Origin: an uncultured Chloroflexota bacterium
GTDB taxonomy: Bacteria; Chloroflexota; Limnocylindria; Limnocylindrales; CSP1-4
Assembly (NCBI GenBank): GCA_903930745.1
Contig: CAIYZX010000150.1
Location: 1 to 37,514, forward strand
Direction of reading: 5' to 3'
Length of the DNA stretch: 37,514 nucleotides
Positions 8,840 to 15,705 of this stretch are shown here, piece by piece (position 1 is the first letter of the stretch; each line of letters starts with the position of its first letter). Below the pieces are notes generated by a model. That model was not told the origin of the DNA, did not search any database, and saw nothing but the letters and a program-made list of their open reading frames with translations. The translations under genes and the position numbers were made by a program.

Positions 8840-9244
8840 TCAGCGCCCGATCTCGATGGCGTCGGTGGCGGACTGCTTCGCCGCCGCCGTGACCGTGGCG
8901 TTCATGGAGTAGGAGCGGGCCGCGCCCATCAGGTCCGCCATGTTCGCGGCCACGTCCACGTCCGGGTAGGAGACGAAGCCCTGCGCGTCGGCATCCGGAT
9001 GCGTCGGGTCGTACACGCGGATCGGGTCCCCGCCCACTGCGGCCACACCCGTGACGGCGACGCCGGGGGTGGCGTCATTGCCCAGGGAGACGGCGGAGAA
9101 GACCGGTGCGACGGCCTGGTACGGGCCACCCTGCGCGGTGCGGGTGGAACGCTGGTTGGCGAGGTTGGACGCCGCCGTGTCCATGCGGAAGCGCTCGGCC
9201 GTCAGGCCTGACGCAGCGATCCGCATCGTGTCGAAGACGCTCAT
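8840..9244 (-). CDS. flgC: flagellar basal-body rod protein FlgC
   Basis: Internal ATG at 9244 of track ORF 8840..9412, preceded by GGGAG 5 nt upstream. MSVFDTMRIAASGLTAERFRMDTAASNLAN, VYDPTHPDADAQGFVSYPDVD and ARSYSMN all match FlgC. Confidence 0.92.
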   Translation of the reverse strand: MSVFDTMRIAASGLTAERFRMDTAASNLANQRSTRTAQGGPYQAVAPVFSAVSLGNDATPGVAVTGVAAVGGDPIRVYDPTHPDADAQGFVSYPDVDVAANMADLMGAARSYSMNATVTAAAKQSATDAIEIGR

Positions 9245-9368
9245 TGAACTCCCAGCCTTCAAGTGTTCCGGCGAACGACCGCATGTTCGGCCGGAGGCCC
9301 GTCCAACAACATCGGGGCATCCCCCCAGAACCCGGCGGTGCCGCCTGCACGGTCGTGGTGAGGGCAGA

Positions 9369-9384
9369 CCCCGAGGCCTCGGGG
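9369..9384. promoter_or_regulatory. perfect 16-bp palindrome ccccgaggcctcgggg in the divergent flgC / kinase intergenic region
   Basis: Read directly; the sequence is self-complementary over all 16 nt. Lies 125 nt upstream of the flgC start. Candidate operator for a dimeric regulator, or a short hairpin. Confidence 0.3.
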
Positions 9385-9450
9385 TGCTCCCCCACGAACG
9401 GCGTAGCACCACGCTGCGAATGGGCCGTCCGGGTTGCCGGATCGGCGGAT

Positions 9451-9456
9451 TACACT
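9451..9456 (+). promoter_or_regulatory. possible -10 box TACACT (TANNNT) for a leaderless kinase transcript
   Basis: The hexamer ends 7 nt before ATG 9464 and there is no Shine-Dalgarno in between. This fits the leaderless-mRNA pattern common in GC-rich Gram-positives. Weak evidence. Confidence 0.25.
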
Positions 9457-9463
9457 CGGACCG

Positions 9464-10726
9464 ATGGAGCGCAGGATGGACGCCGAGGTCGAGCGGATCC
9501 TTGCCGGTGCCCAGCTCTGGGCCCGCCTGGAGCCGGGACCGGGCGCCGGCGCGCAGCCGTCACCCGGCGAGCTGGGGCTCGTGGCCGGCTGGGAGGACGG
9601 TTACGCGGGATGCGTTCCATTCGCCGCAGGCGACGGCGCGGACCAGTGCCGAGCGTGTCCGGTGGCCGTGGTGACCGCGGCGATCACCACCGGGCGGCCC
9701 GCGTTGGACACCTGCCCCAACAACCAGCGGCTGCTCGCATTCCCCGCGCCGGCGGGCTCCCGCTCGTCCGCGGCGGTGCTGCGAATGGAGCCCTCGGGCA
9801 CCGCCGAGGCGCCAGTGGCCGGTGCGGATGTGCTCCGGGCCGCGCACCGCCTCCGCTCCGCGAGCGGGCTGCTCGCCTGGCAGGTGGACCAGCGCCAGCG
9901 GGGCGCAGACCGGCGGAGGACGGCCGCCGCGGCCCTGGCCCAGATGATCGCCACCACGGAGGAGTTCCACCGGCTCTACACCAGCGCCAATCGCGATCGA
10001 GCCTCGTCCGAGCAGGCGGCGACGCGCCTGGACACGCTGGCGCGTGAGACCCTGCGCGAGAGCGAGCAGGCGCGCGTCCACGTGGCGCATGTCCTCCACG
10101 ACACCGCCGCGCAGTCGATGGTGAGCGCCCACCGCTTCATGGAGGCCGCCCGGGCATCGCTCGGCGGCACGCGCCCGGAGAACACGCCACGCCACCTCGA
10201 TGCCGCCCAGGAGCGCCTGCTGACCGCGATCCGCGAGGTCCGGATCGTGCTCAACACCCTGGTCCCGCCAGGCCTCGAGGAGCTGGGCCTCGCGAACGCC
10301 CTCAAGATCCAGGTCCGCGACAACGTGCCGGGCGCCATCGCCACCTCGGTCACGGGCGAGCTTCCGCGGACCGAGGGCTGGCTGGAATCGGAGCTCTTCG
10401 CGCTCACCGTGGAGGCAATCACGAACGCGGTACAGCACGCGGAGTGCTCCAGAATCGCGATCGATCTGCGCGCAGCGCGCGGGCACGGCATCATCACGGT
10501 CACCGACGACGGGATCGGCTTCGATCCCGCGGCGGCCAGGCGACAGACCCAGGAGGGCATCGGCCTGATCGGGATGACCCGGCGTGCGAGCTGGCTCGGC
10601 GGAAGAGTGGACGTCACGAGTCGCGCCGGACAGGGCACCACCATTCGAATCTCCGCACCGCTCGTTGAGCCAGAGGGAGCAGACGAGCCGGACAAGGCAG
10701 CCCCGGGAGGACCACAGGAACCATGA
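9464..10726 (+). CDS. cytoplasmic sensor histidine kinase, HisKA_3/NarL-partner class (DegS-like), with Cys4 N-terminal domain
   Basis: Track ORF starts at TTG 9434; ATG 9464 or ATG 9476 are alternatives in the same frame. H-box HVAHVLHDTAAQS, N-box VEAITNAVQHA, G-boxes DDGIGF and GIGLIGMTRRASWLGG. No TM segment. Confidence 0.88.
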   Translation: MERRMDAEVERILAGAQLWARLEPGPGAGAQPSPGELGLVAGWEDGYAGCVPFAAGDGADQCRACPVAVVTAAITTGRPALDTCPNNQRLLAFPAPAGSRSSAAVLRMEPSGTAEAPVAGADVLRAAHRLRSASGLLAWQVDQRQRGADRRRTAAAALAQMIATTEEFHRLYTSANRDRASSEQAATRLDTLARETLRESEQARVHVAHVLHDTAAQSMVSAHRFMEAARASLGGTRPENTPRHLDAAQERLLTAIREVRIVLNTLVPPGLEELGLANALKIQVRDNVPGAIATSVTGELPRTEGWLESELFALTVEAITNAVQHAECSRIAIDLRAARGHGIITVTDDGIGFDPAAARRQTQEGIGLIGMTRRASWLGGRVDVTSRAGQGTTIRISAPLVEPEGADEPDKAAPGGPQEP

Positions 10727-11400
10727 GCGAAGGACCCAGCCGCGTCCTGCTGATCGACGATCACGAGATGTCCCGCCGTGGCCTTGAGGCCATGCTCTCC
10801 ACCGCGGACTGGGTGGAGGTGGTGGGCGAGGCGGACGGGTGCGAGCCCGGCCTCGCGCAGATCGCACGCCTCCAGCCGGACATCGTCCTCCTGGACATCC
10901 GCATGCCGGGACTGGACGGGCTCTCCTGCCTTGACGAGATCAAGAAGCTGGAGCACCCGGTGGCCGTGGTCATCGTGACGCTCTACAACGACCGCCGGTA
11001 CGTCCTTGAGGCGATCCGCCGCGGTGCCGCGGGCTACGTGCTCAAGGAGGCCTCCACGCAGGAGATCCTGGCCACGATCCAGGCGGTGGCCGATGGCCAG
11101 CTCGCCGTGGAGCCCGGCCTGCTCCGCGAGGCCCTCATGGCCCCGGCGGAGGAGCCGGCCGCCGAGGAGACCGCGCGCGCCCGTGCCGAGTCCTTCGCCC
11201 TCACGCCCCGCGAGCTGGACGTCCTGCGTCTCCTCGCGGACGGCATGACGAACAAGGAGATCGGCGGCCAGCTCTCCATCGCCGAGGACACGGTCAAGAA
11301 GCACGTCCAGAACATCATCTGGAAGCTCCGGGCCGCGGACCGCACGCAGGCCGCCATCGTGGCCTACAGGGCGGGGCTCCTGGATCCCGTCGAGGGATAG
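10723..11400 (+). CDS. NarL/LuxR-family response regulator (REC + HTH_LuxR)
   Basis: VLLIDDH...IVLLDIRMPGLDG...VLKEA receiver. C-terminal LTPRELDVLRLLADGMTNKEIGGQLSIAEDTVKKHVQNI LuxR-type HTH. ATGA overlap with the kinase stop. Confidence 0.93.
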   Translation: MSEGPSRVLLIDDHEMSRRGLEAMLSTADWVEVVGEADGCEPGLAQIARLQPDIVLLDIRMPGLDGLSCLDEIKKLEHPVAVVIVTLYNDRRYVLEAIRRGAAGYVLKEASTQEILATIQAVADGQLAVEPGLLREALMAPAEEPAAEETARARAESFALTPRELDVLRLLADGMTNKEIGGQLSIAEDTVKKHVQNIIWKLRAADRTQAAIVAYRAGLLDPVEG

Positions 11401-11463
11401 CGGCGCCCGTTCCACCCGGGGCCCGCCCGCCGCCCGTGGACACCGGGGGCGACGGCCACGGGC

Positions 11464-11491
11464 TCAAGGTCGCCGCTGGTTCCGCCGACCC
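11464..11491 (+). promoter_or_regulatory. candidate sigma-28 (FliA/WhiG/SigD)-type promoter for flaG: TCAAG-N15-GCCGACCC
   Basis: TCAA at 11464-11467, then 16 nt, then GCCGA at 11484-11488. The -35 pentamer TCAAG and the spacing are identical to the candidate upstream of fliC. The -10 is weaker than consensus GCCGATAA. Confidence 0.35.
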
Positions 11492-11521
11492 CTCCCCTAC
11501 AGGGGGCAGCAGGAACCAACG

Positions 11522-11965
11522 ATGAACGCGACAACGAGCACCACCAGCACAAGCGCGCACGTCGCCGTGCCGGTCTCCACAGGGGGATCGGCGGGGTCGG
11601 CGGCTGCGGCCGCCCCCGTGCTCAGCCTCCCCGGGTCCGGCAGGTTCCTGACCCAGGTCCCGGCCACGGATGGCGGGGCGCAGACACCGCAACCGGCAAC
11701 ACTGCCGGAGACGCAGCGTGCGCCACGCGTCCGGGACGCGGAGCTCACGGTCCCGCTGGACCAGTTCGCCAAGCGGGGCGGCCCGGACGCCTCCGTGAAG
11801 ACGGCGACCGGGGTCGTCTACGTGCACGCGGTCTTCCAGATGGATCCCACCACCAAGGAGATGTCCGTCTCCATCGTGGACGAGGCCGGCCGCCTGGTCC
11901 GCATGATCCCCCCGGACTCCGTGGCGCGGATGATCGCGGCCATGGCCACCTACCGAGGCCGCTGA
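11522..11965 (+). CDS. flaG: FlaG-family flagellar protein
   Basis: 147 aa. C-terminal VVYVHAVFQMDPTTKEMSVSIVDEAGRLVRMIPPDSVARMIAAM matches the FlaG family core (..V.V.D..TGEVIRQIPPE.). AGGAA lies 7 nt upstream of the ATG. Confidence 0.8.
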   Translation: MNATTSTTSTSAHVAVPVSTGGSAGSAAAAAPVLSLPGSGRFLTQVPATDGGAQTPQPATLPETQRAPRVRDAELTVPLDQFAKRGGPDASVKTATGVVYVHAVFQMDPTTKEMSVSIVDEAGRLVRMIPPDSVARMIAAMATYRGR

Positions 11966-12201
11966 CCGCCGGGGCCGGCGACGCCGACCGCCTGTGGCGC
12001 GCGCCCACACACGCGCACGCACGCACGCCAATCAGGGTGAACCCCTAGATCGGCGCCCCCAGGACGGCCCGTTCGCGGCCCCTGCGGACGAAGGTACTCC
12101 CTCGACTAGGCCGTTGGCGTGGCGCGCGCTGTCACCGATACCTACACAGGAGGGAGACGCCCTCTCATACGCAGTACCGCCAACCACCGCCAAGGAGCCG
12201 C

Positions 12202-12834
12202 ATGAACGCCCCGTCCATCGCCCCGGCCGCCGAGCAGGCGCTCGAGCGCACGTTCGAGCGTGCCATGGCCGCCGCGGGCCGGGCGCTGGGCGAGATGAGC
12301 GGCCACGAGATCCACGTCGTCGCCACCGAGGTCGCCTGGACCTCGTCGGCACAGGTGGTGGAGGCCGCGGGCGGCGCGGGAACCATCGTGGTTGGCATCT
12401 ACCTGGGCATCACGGGCTCCCTCACCGGGCACTCCGTCCTGGTCCTCCAGCCGGAGGGTGCACACCGCCTCGCGGGCCTTCTCCTGGAGGGCTTCGCCGA
12501 GATCGCGCGCACCGACGACGCCGAAACCCCCTCGTTTGACGACCTGGAGCTGTCCGCGCTCCAGGAGGTTGGCAACGTCACCGTGGCGGCCTTCCTCAAC
12601 GAGGTTGGCAAGCACCTGGACGAGCCGGTCTCCCCCACCGTGCCGGTGGCGATCACGGACATGGCGGGCGCCATCCTTGACGCGATCCTCGCGGACCTGA
12701 CGATGGAGCACGACGAGGTGCTGGCCGCCCGCACCTCGTTCATCAACGGCGGCGACACCATCGAGGGCGCCGTCCTCGTGCTGCCGCAGGAGGAGAGCCT
12801 CCAGCGTCTGCTCAAGGCCCTGGGCGCCGAATGA
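12202..12834 (+). CDS. cheC: CheY-P phosphatase CheC
   Basis: 210 aa. The second repeat carries the full CheC-family site S-x3-E-x2-N-x22-P (SALQEVGNVTVAAFLNEVGKHLDEPVSPTVP). In the first repeat Asn is replaced (FERAM). Confidence 0.88.
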   Translation: MNAPSIAPAAEQALERTFERAMAAAGRALGEMSGHEIHVVATEVAWTSSAQVVEAAGGAGTIVVGIYLGITGSLTGHSVLVLQPEGAHRLAGLLLEGFAEIARTDDAETPSFDDLELSALQEVGNVTVAAFLNEVGKHLDEPVSPTVPVAITDMAGAILDAILADLTMEHDEVLAARTSFINGGDTIEGAVLVLPQEESLQRLLKALGAE

Positions 12835-13343
12835 TGACCCTCGCCGCCCCCACTGCGCCGGCCGTCGCCGGTGAGGGCCGCGTCCTCGTCGCCGGGATCG
12901 GCGAGATGGTCATCACCCGCGACCCGTCGGACGTCCTCGTGGCGTACGGCCTGGGCTCGTGCGTCGCGCTCGCCGCGTGGGATCCGCAGACGCGGCTCGC
13001 GGCGCTCGCCCACTTCATGCTGCCGAGCGGGCCCCTGACGCACCCACCGGTGAAGTTCGTGGACAGCGGGCTCCCCACGTTCCTGGCGGAGTTCGCGAAG
13101 GCCGGCGGCTCACCCCGTCGAGCCCAGCTCAAGGCAGCAGGCGGCGCCGCGATGCTCGCGGTGGTCGCCACCACCATGGAGATCGGCAAGCGGAACGCGG
13201 ACGCACTGGACAAGGCGCTCGGCCAGCACGGGCTGCGCCTGCACCAGAGCGACCTGGGCGGCAAGGCCGGTCGAACCGTTCAACTGGAGCCGGCCACAGG
13301 CCGACTTCTCATCAAGAGCGTGAGCAGCGTCTCGGTCCTCTAG
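12831..13343 (+). CDS. cheD: chemoreceptor glutamine deamidase CheD
   Basis: 170 aa. GLGSCVALAAWD (catalytic Cys), AHFMLPS, and an overall CheD pattern. ATGA overlap with the cheC stop. Confidence 0.92.
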   Translation: MMTLAAPTAPAVAGEGRVLVAGIGEMVITRDPSDVLVAYGLGSCVALAAWDPQTRLAALAHFMLPSGPLTHPPVKFVDSGLPTFLAEFAKAGGSPRRAQLKAAGGAAMLAVVATTMEIGKRNADALDKALGQHGLRLHQSDLGGKAGRTVQLEPATGRLLIKSVSSVSVL

Positions 13344-13375
13344 GCGCTGGCACGAACAGGAGGCCTGCAACCACC

Positions 13376-13735
13376 ATGGCGAAGATCCTCGTCGTCGACG
13401 ACGCCGCGTTCATGCGGCTTCGGGCGGTGAAGCTGCTCGCCGAAGCCGGGCATACCGTCTACGAGGCGGAGAACGGCCGGATGGCGATTGACGTCTACAA
13501 GGCTGAGAAGCCGGACGCCGTGCTCATGGACATCACGATGCCGGAGATGGACGGCCTTGAGTCGCTCTCCGAGATCCGCAAGATCGACCCGGGCGCGAAG
13601 GTGGCGATGCTGACGGCCATGGGCCAGCAGTCCATCGTCATGGACGCGATCAAGCGCGGTGCGCGAGACTTCGTCGTGAAGCCGTTCGCTCCCGATCGTG
13701 TCCTGGGCGCGGTGGACAAGCTGCTCTCCGCCTGA
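13376..13735 (+). CDS. cheY: chemotaxis response regulator CheY
   Basis: Internal ATG 13376 of track ORF 12959..13735, preceded by ACAGGAGG. MAKILVVDDAAFMR...AVLMDITMPEMDG...MLTAMG...FVVKPF. Single REC domain, 119 aa. Confidence 0.93.
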   Translation: MAKILVVDDAAFMRLRAVKLLAEAGHTVYEAENGRMAIDVYKAEKPDAVLMDITMPEMDGLESLSEIRKIDPGAKVAMLTAMGQQSIVMDAIKRGARDFVVKPFAPDRVLGAVDKLLSA

Positions 13736-13789
13736 TCCCCGCCCCACCCCGGTCGCTCAGAGCACCACCAGCGGGAAGGACCCTGCGCC

Positions 13790-14929
13790 GTGGCACCCAT
13801 CCGCGTCCTCGTCGTTGACGATTCGGCGTTCATGCGCCATGCCGTCGGTCGCCTCATCGGCGAAGCCGGCGATCTTGTCGTGGTCGGCTCCGCCTCCAAC
13901 GGGGTGGAGGGCCTCAAGGCCGCGGCCGAGCTGAAGCCTGACGTCATCACGCTTGACGTTGAGATGCCCGTCCTGGACGGGCCGGGGATGCTGCGGCGGC
14001 TGATGGCCGAGAACCCCACACGGGTGGTGATGCTGTCCAGCCTGACCACCGAAGGTGCGGCGGTCACGCTTGACGCGCTGGATGCCGGCGCCATCGACTT
14101 CGTGGCGAAGCCAGGTGGCTCCCTCTCCATCGACGTGGGCCGCGTGGGCGCGGACCTCGTCGCCAAGATCCGCGCGGCCGCCGCGATGTCGCCTGCCGCG
14201 TTCCTCGCCCACAAGGCACGGGTGACCGCAAGGGCGGCGGCACGGCCGGTGATCAGGCAACCCATCGCCGCGGTCGCACGCCCGGCGCGCATTGGTGGCG
14301 TCTGCTCTCGTCGCCTGGTGGTCATCGCCTCCTCCACCGGCGGCCCGGCAGCGCTCAACGCGGTGGTGCCCAAGCTCCCGGCGCACCTGGGCGCAGGCGT
14401 GCTCCTGGTCCAGCACATGCCGCCGGGCTTCACGGCCCAGCTCGCCGCACGCCTTGATGCGGCCGGCAACATCCCGGTCCACGAGGCCGCGGCCAACGAC
14501 CTCATCGTGGACGACGAGGCCCTCATCGCCCCCGGCGACTTCCACATGATCACGTCCATCTCCGGGCGGATCCAGCTCTCCTCCCTGCCGCCGGTGAACG
14601 CCGTCCGGCCGGCCGCGGACGTCACCCTGCAGGCCGTGGCGCCCATCTGGAAGGACCGCATGCTCTGCGTCGTGCTCACGGGCATGGGGCAGGACGGCAA
14701 GGAGGGGGCTCGGCTCGTCAAGCACCATGGCGGCATGGTGATCGCCCAGGACCGCGACACGTCCACCGTGTGGGGCATGCCGGGGTCCGTGGTTGAGGCT
14801 GGCCTCGCGGACAAGGTGCTGCCGCTGGAGCGGATCGCCGAGGCGATCACGAACTGGTGCACGAGTGGCGCCGGCAGCCCGCGCATGGCGGCAACCGCTC
14901 CCCTGCCCCGGCCGCTCGCCGGACGCTGA
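13790..14929 (+). CDS. cheB: chemotaxis protein-glutamate methylesterase CheB
   Basis: GTG start with GGGAAGGA upstream. REC domain (VLVVDDSAFMR, DVEMPVLDG) plus a methylesterase domain (IASSTGGPAAL, VQHMPPGFT, TGMGQDG). Confidence 0.95.
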   Translation: MAPIRVLVVDDSAFMRHAVGRLIGEAGDLVVVGSASNGVEGLKAAAELKPDVITLDVEMPVLDGPGMLRRLMAENPTRVVMLSSLTTEGAAVTLDALDAGAIDFVAKPGGSLSIDVGRVGADLVAKIRAAAAMSPAAFLAHKARVTARAAARPVIRQPIAAVARPARIGGVCSRRLVVIASSTGGPAALNAVVPKLPAHLGAGVLLVQHMPPGFTAQLAARLDAAGNIPVHEAAANDLIVDDEALIAPGDFHMITSISGRIQLSSLPPVNAVRPAADVTLQAVAPIWKDRMLCVVLTGMGQDGKEGARLVKHHGGMVIAQDRDTSTVWGMPGSVVEAGLADKVLPLERIAEAITNWCTSGAGSPRMAATAPLPRPLAGR

Positions 14930-14944
14930 TCAGGGTCCACCGGC

Positions 14945-14976
14945 CGGGGAGCCGGCCTTGTCCGGCGGGCTCCCCG
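14945..14976. terminator. GC-rich hairpin between convergent cheB and the receiver gene (bidirectional terminator candidate)
   Basis: cggggagccggcc-ttgt-ccggcgggctccccg: 9 bp, one mismatch, then 3 bp of stem. No U-tract, as is common in GC-rich genomes. Confidence 0.5.
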
Positions 14977-14988
14977 TGAGACCCCGCC

Positions 14989-15705
14989 TCAGACGCGCCT
15001 GGTGATCCTCGCGAGCTCCTGCTTCAGGATGTTCGCCTCGGACAGGACCATCTCGAAGGCGGAGTTGCGCTGGTTCTCGTTGAGCGTCTTGTCGCCGGCG
15101 ACGGCCACAGCGTCCACCAGGCGGCCGGCCCCCAGGAGCGCCGCCGGCTCCCGGAACCTCCGCAGCAGCTCCAGGCGCTCCACGAGGTCCTTGCGGTCCT
15201 GGGCATCCCGCATCCGCGCGATCAGCTCGTCGAGGCGGGTCTCGGCCTTCTCCACGAGGAAGCGATACTCGGTCTCGTCCTCCAGGTCCAGGCGTGCGAT
15301 GGCCTCGAACTTGGCCTCGATCACGGGGGTCGCGCGGAGCAGCAGCTCCGTGACCTTCTCCGTCAGGAGCGCGGGCCGTACGGGCTTCACGAGGAAGTTC
15401 CGCACGCCGGCGTCGATCGCCTCCTTGACCTGCTTCTCCTCCGCCTCGCCCGTGGCCACGATGACCGGGATCTGCGCGTAGCGAGGGTTGCTGCGCAGGA
15501 AGCGGAAGAACGGCAGCCCCTTCATCCGCCCGGGCAGATCCGTGTCCATGATGATCAGGGTGGCCGAGGCGTCGTTCTTGAGCCACTCCAGGGCTGCCTC
15601 GGCCGAGCCAACCTCGACGGAGTCCTGGGCCGGCTTGAGACGCAGCAGGGTCTTTGCGTAGAGGTGCCGCGAGACGGGGTCGTCGTCAACGATGAGGACG
15701 GTCAC
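14989..15705 (-). CDS. response regulator: REC domain + ~110-aa helical C-terminal domain (His-less HPt-like)
   Basis: MTVLIVDDDPVSR...TLIIMDTDLPG...VIVATGE...FLVKPV receiver. The C-terminal half is all-helical, contains no His, and includes LELLRRFREPAALLGAGRL. 4-nt overlap with the hybrid kinase stop. Confidence 0.85.
   Translation of the reverse strand: MTVLIVDDDPVSRHLYAKTLLRLKPAQDSVEVGSAEAALEWLKNDASATLIIMDTDLPGRMKGLPFFRFLRSNPRYAQIPVIVATGEAEEKQVKEAIDAGVRNFLVKPVRPALLTEKVTELLLRATPVIEAKFEAIARLDLEDETEYRFLVEKAETRLDELIARMRDAQDRKDLVERLELLRRFREPAALLGAGRLVDAVAVAGDKTLNENQRNSAFEMVLSEANILKQELARITRRV

Noticed and set aside
9976-11415. 479-aa minus-strand ORF antisense to the two-component genes (and 9560..10867 -435 aa)
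   Set aside because: The plus-strand kinase and regulator have complete H/N/G boxes, REC and LuxR HTH motifs. The antisense frames have shadow composition and no motifs.
12004-12029. cacacacgcgcacgcacgcacgcc low-complexity (CACG/GCAC)n run, considered as a CRISPR-like or microsatellite element
   Set aside because: Only about 25 nt with irregular units and no spacer-repeat organisation. No cas genes are present. Most likely simple sequence in an intergenic spacer.
12135-12140. CCGATA box upstream of cheC as a third sigma-28-type promoter
   Set aside because: The -10-like hexamer matches the fliC box, but the -35 position reads TTGG rather than TCAAG/TAAA. Kept only as a remark, not called as a feature.
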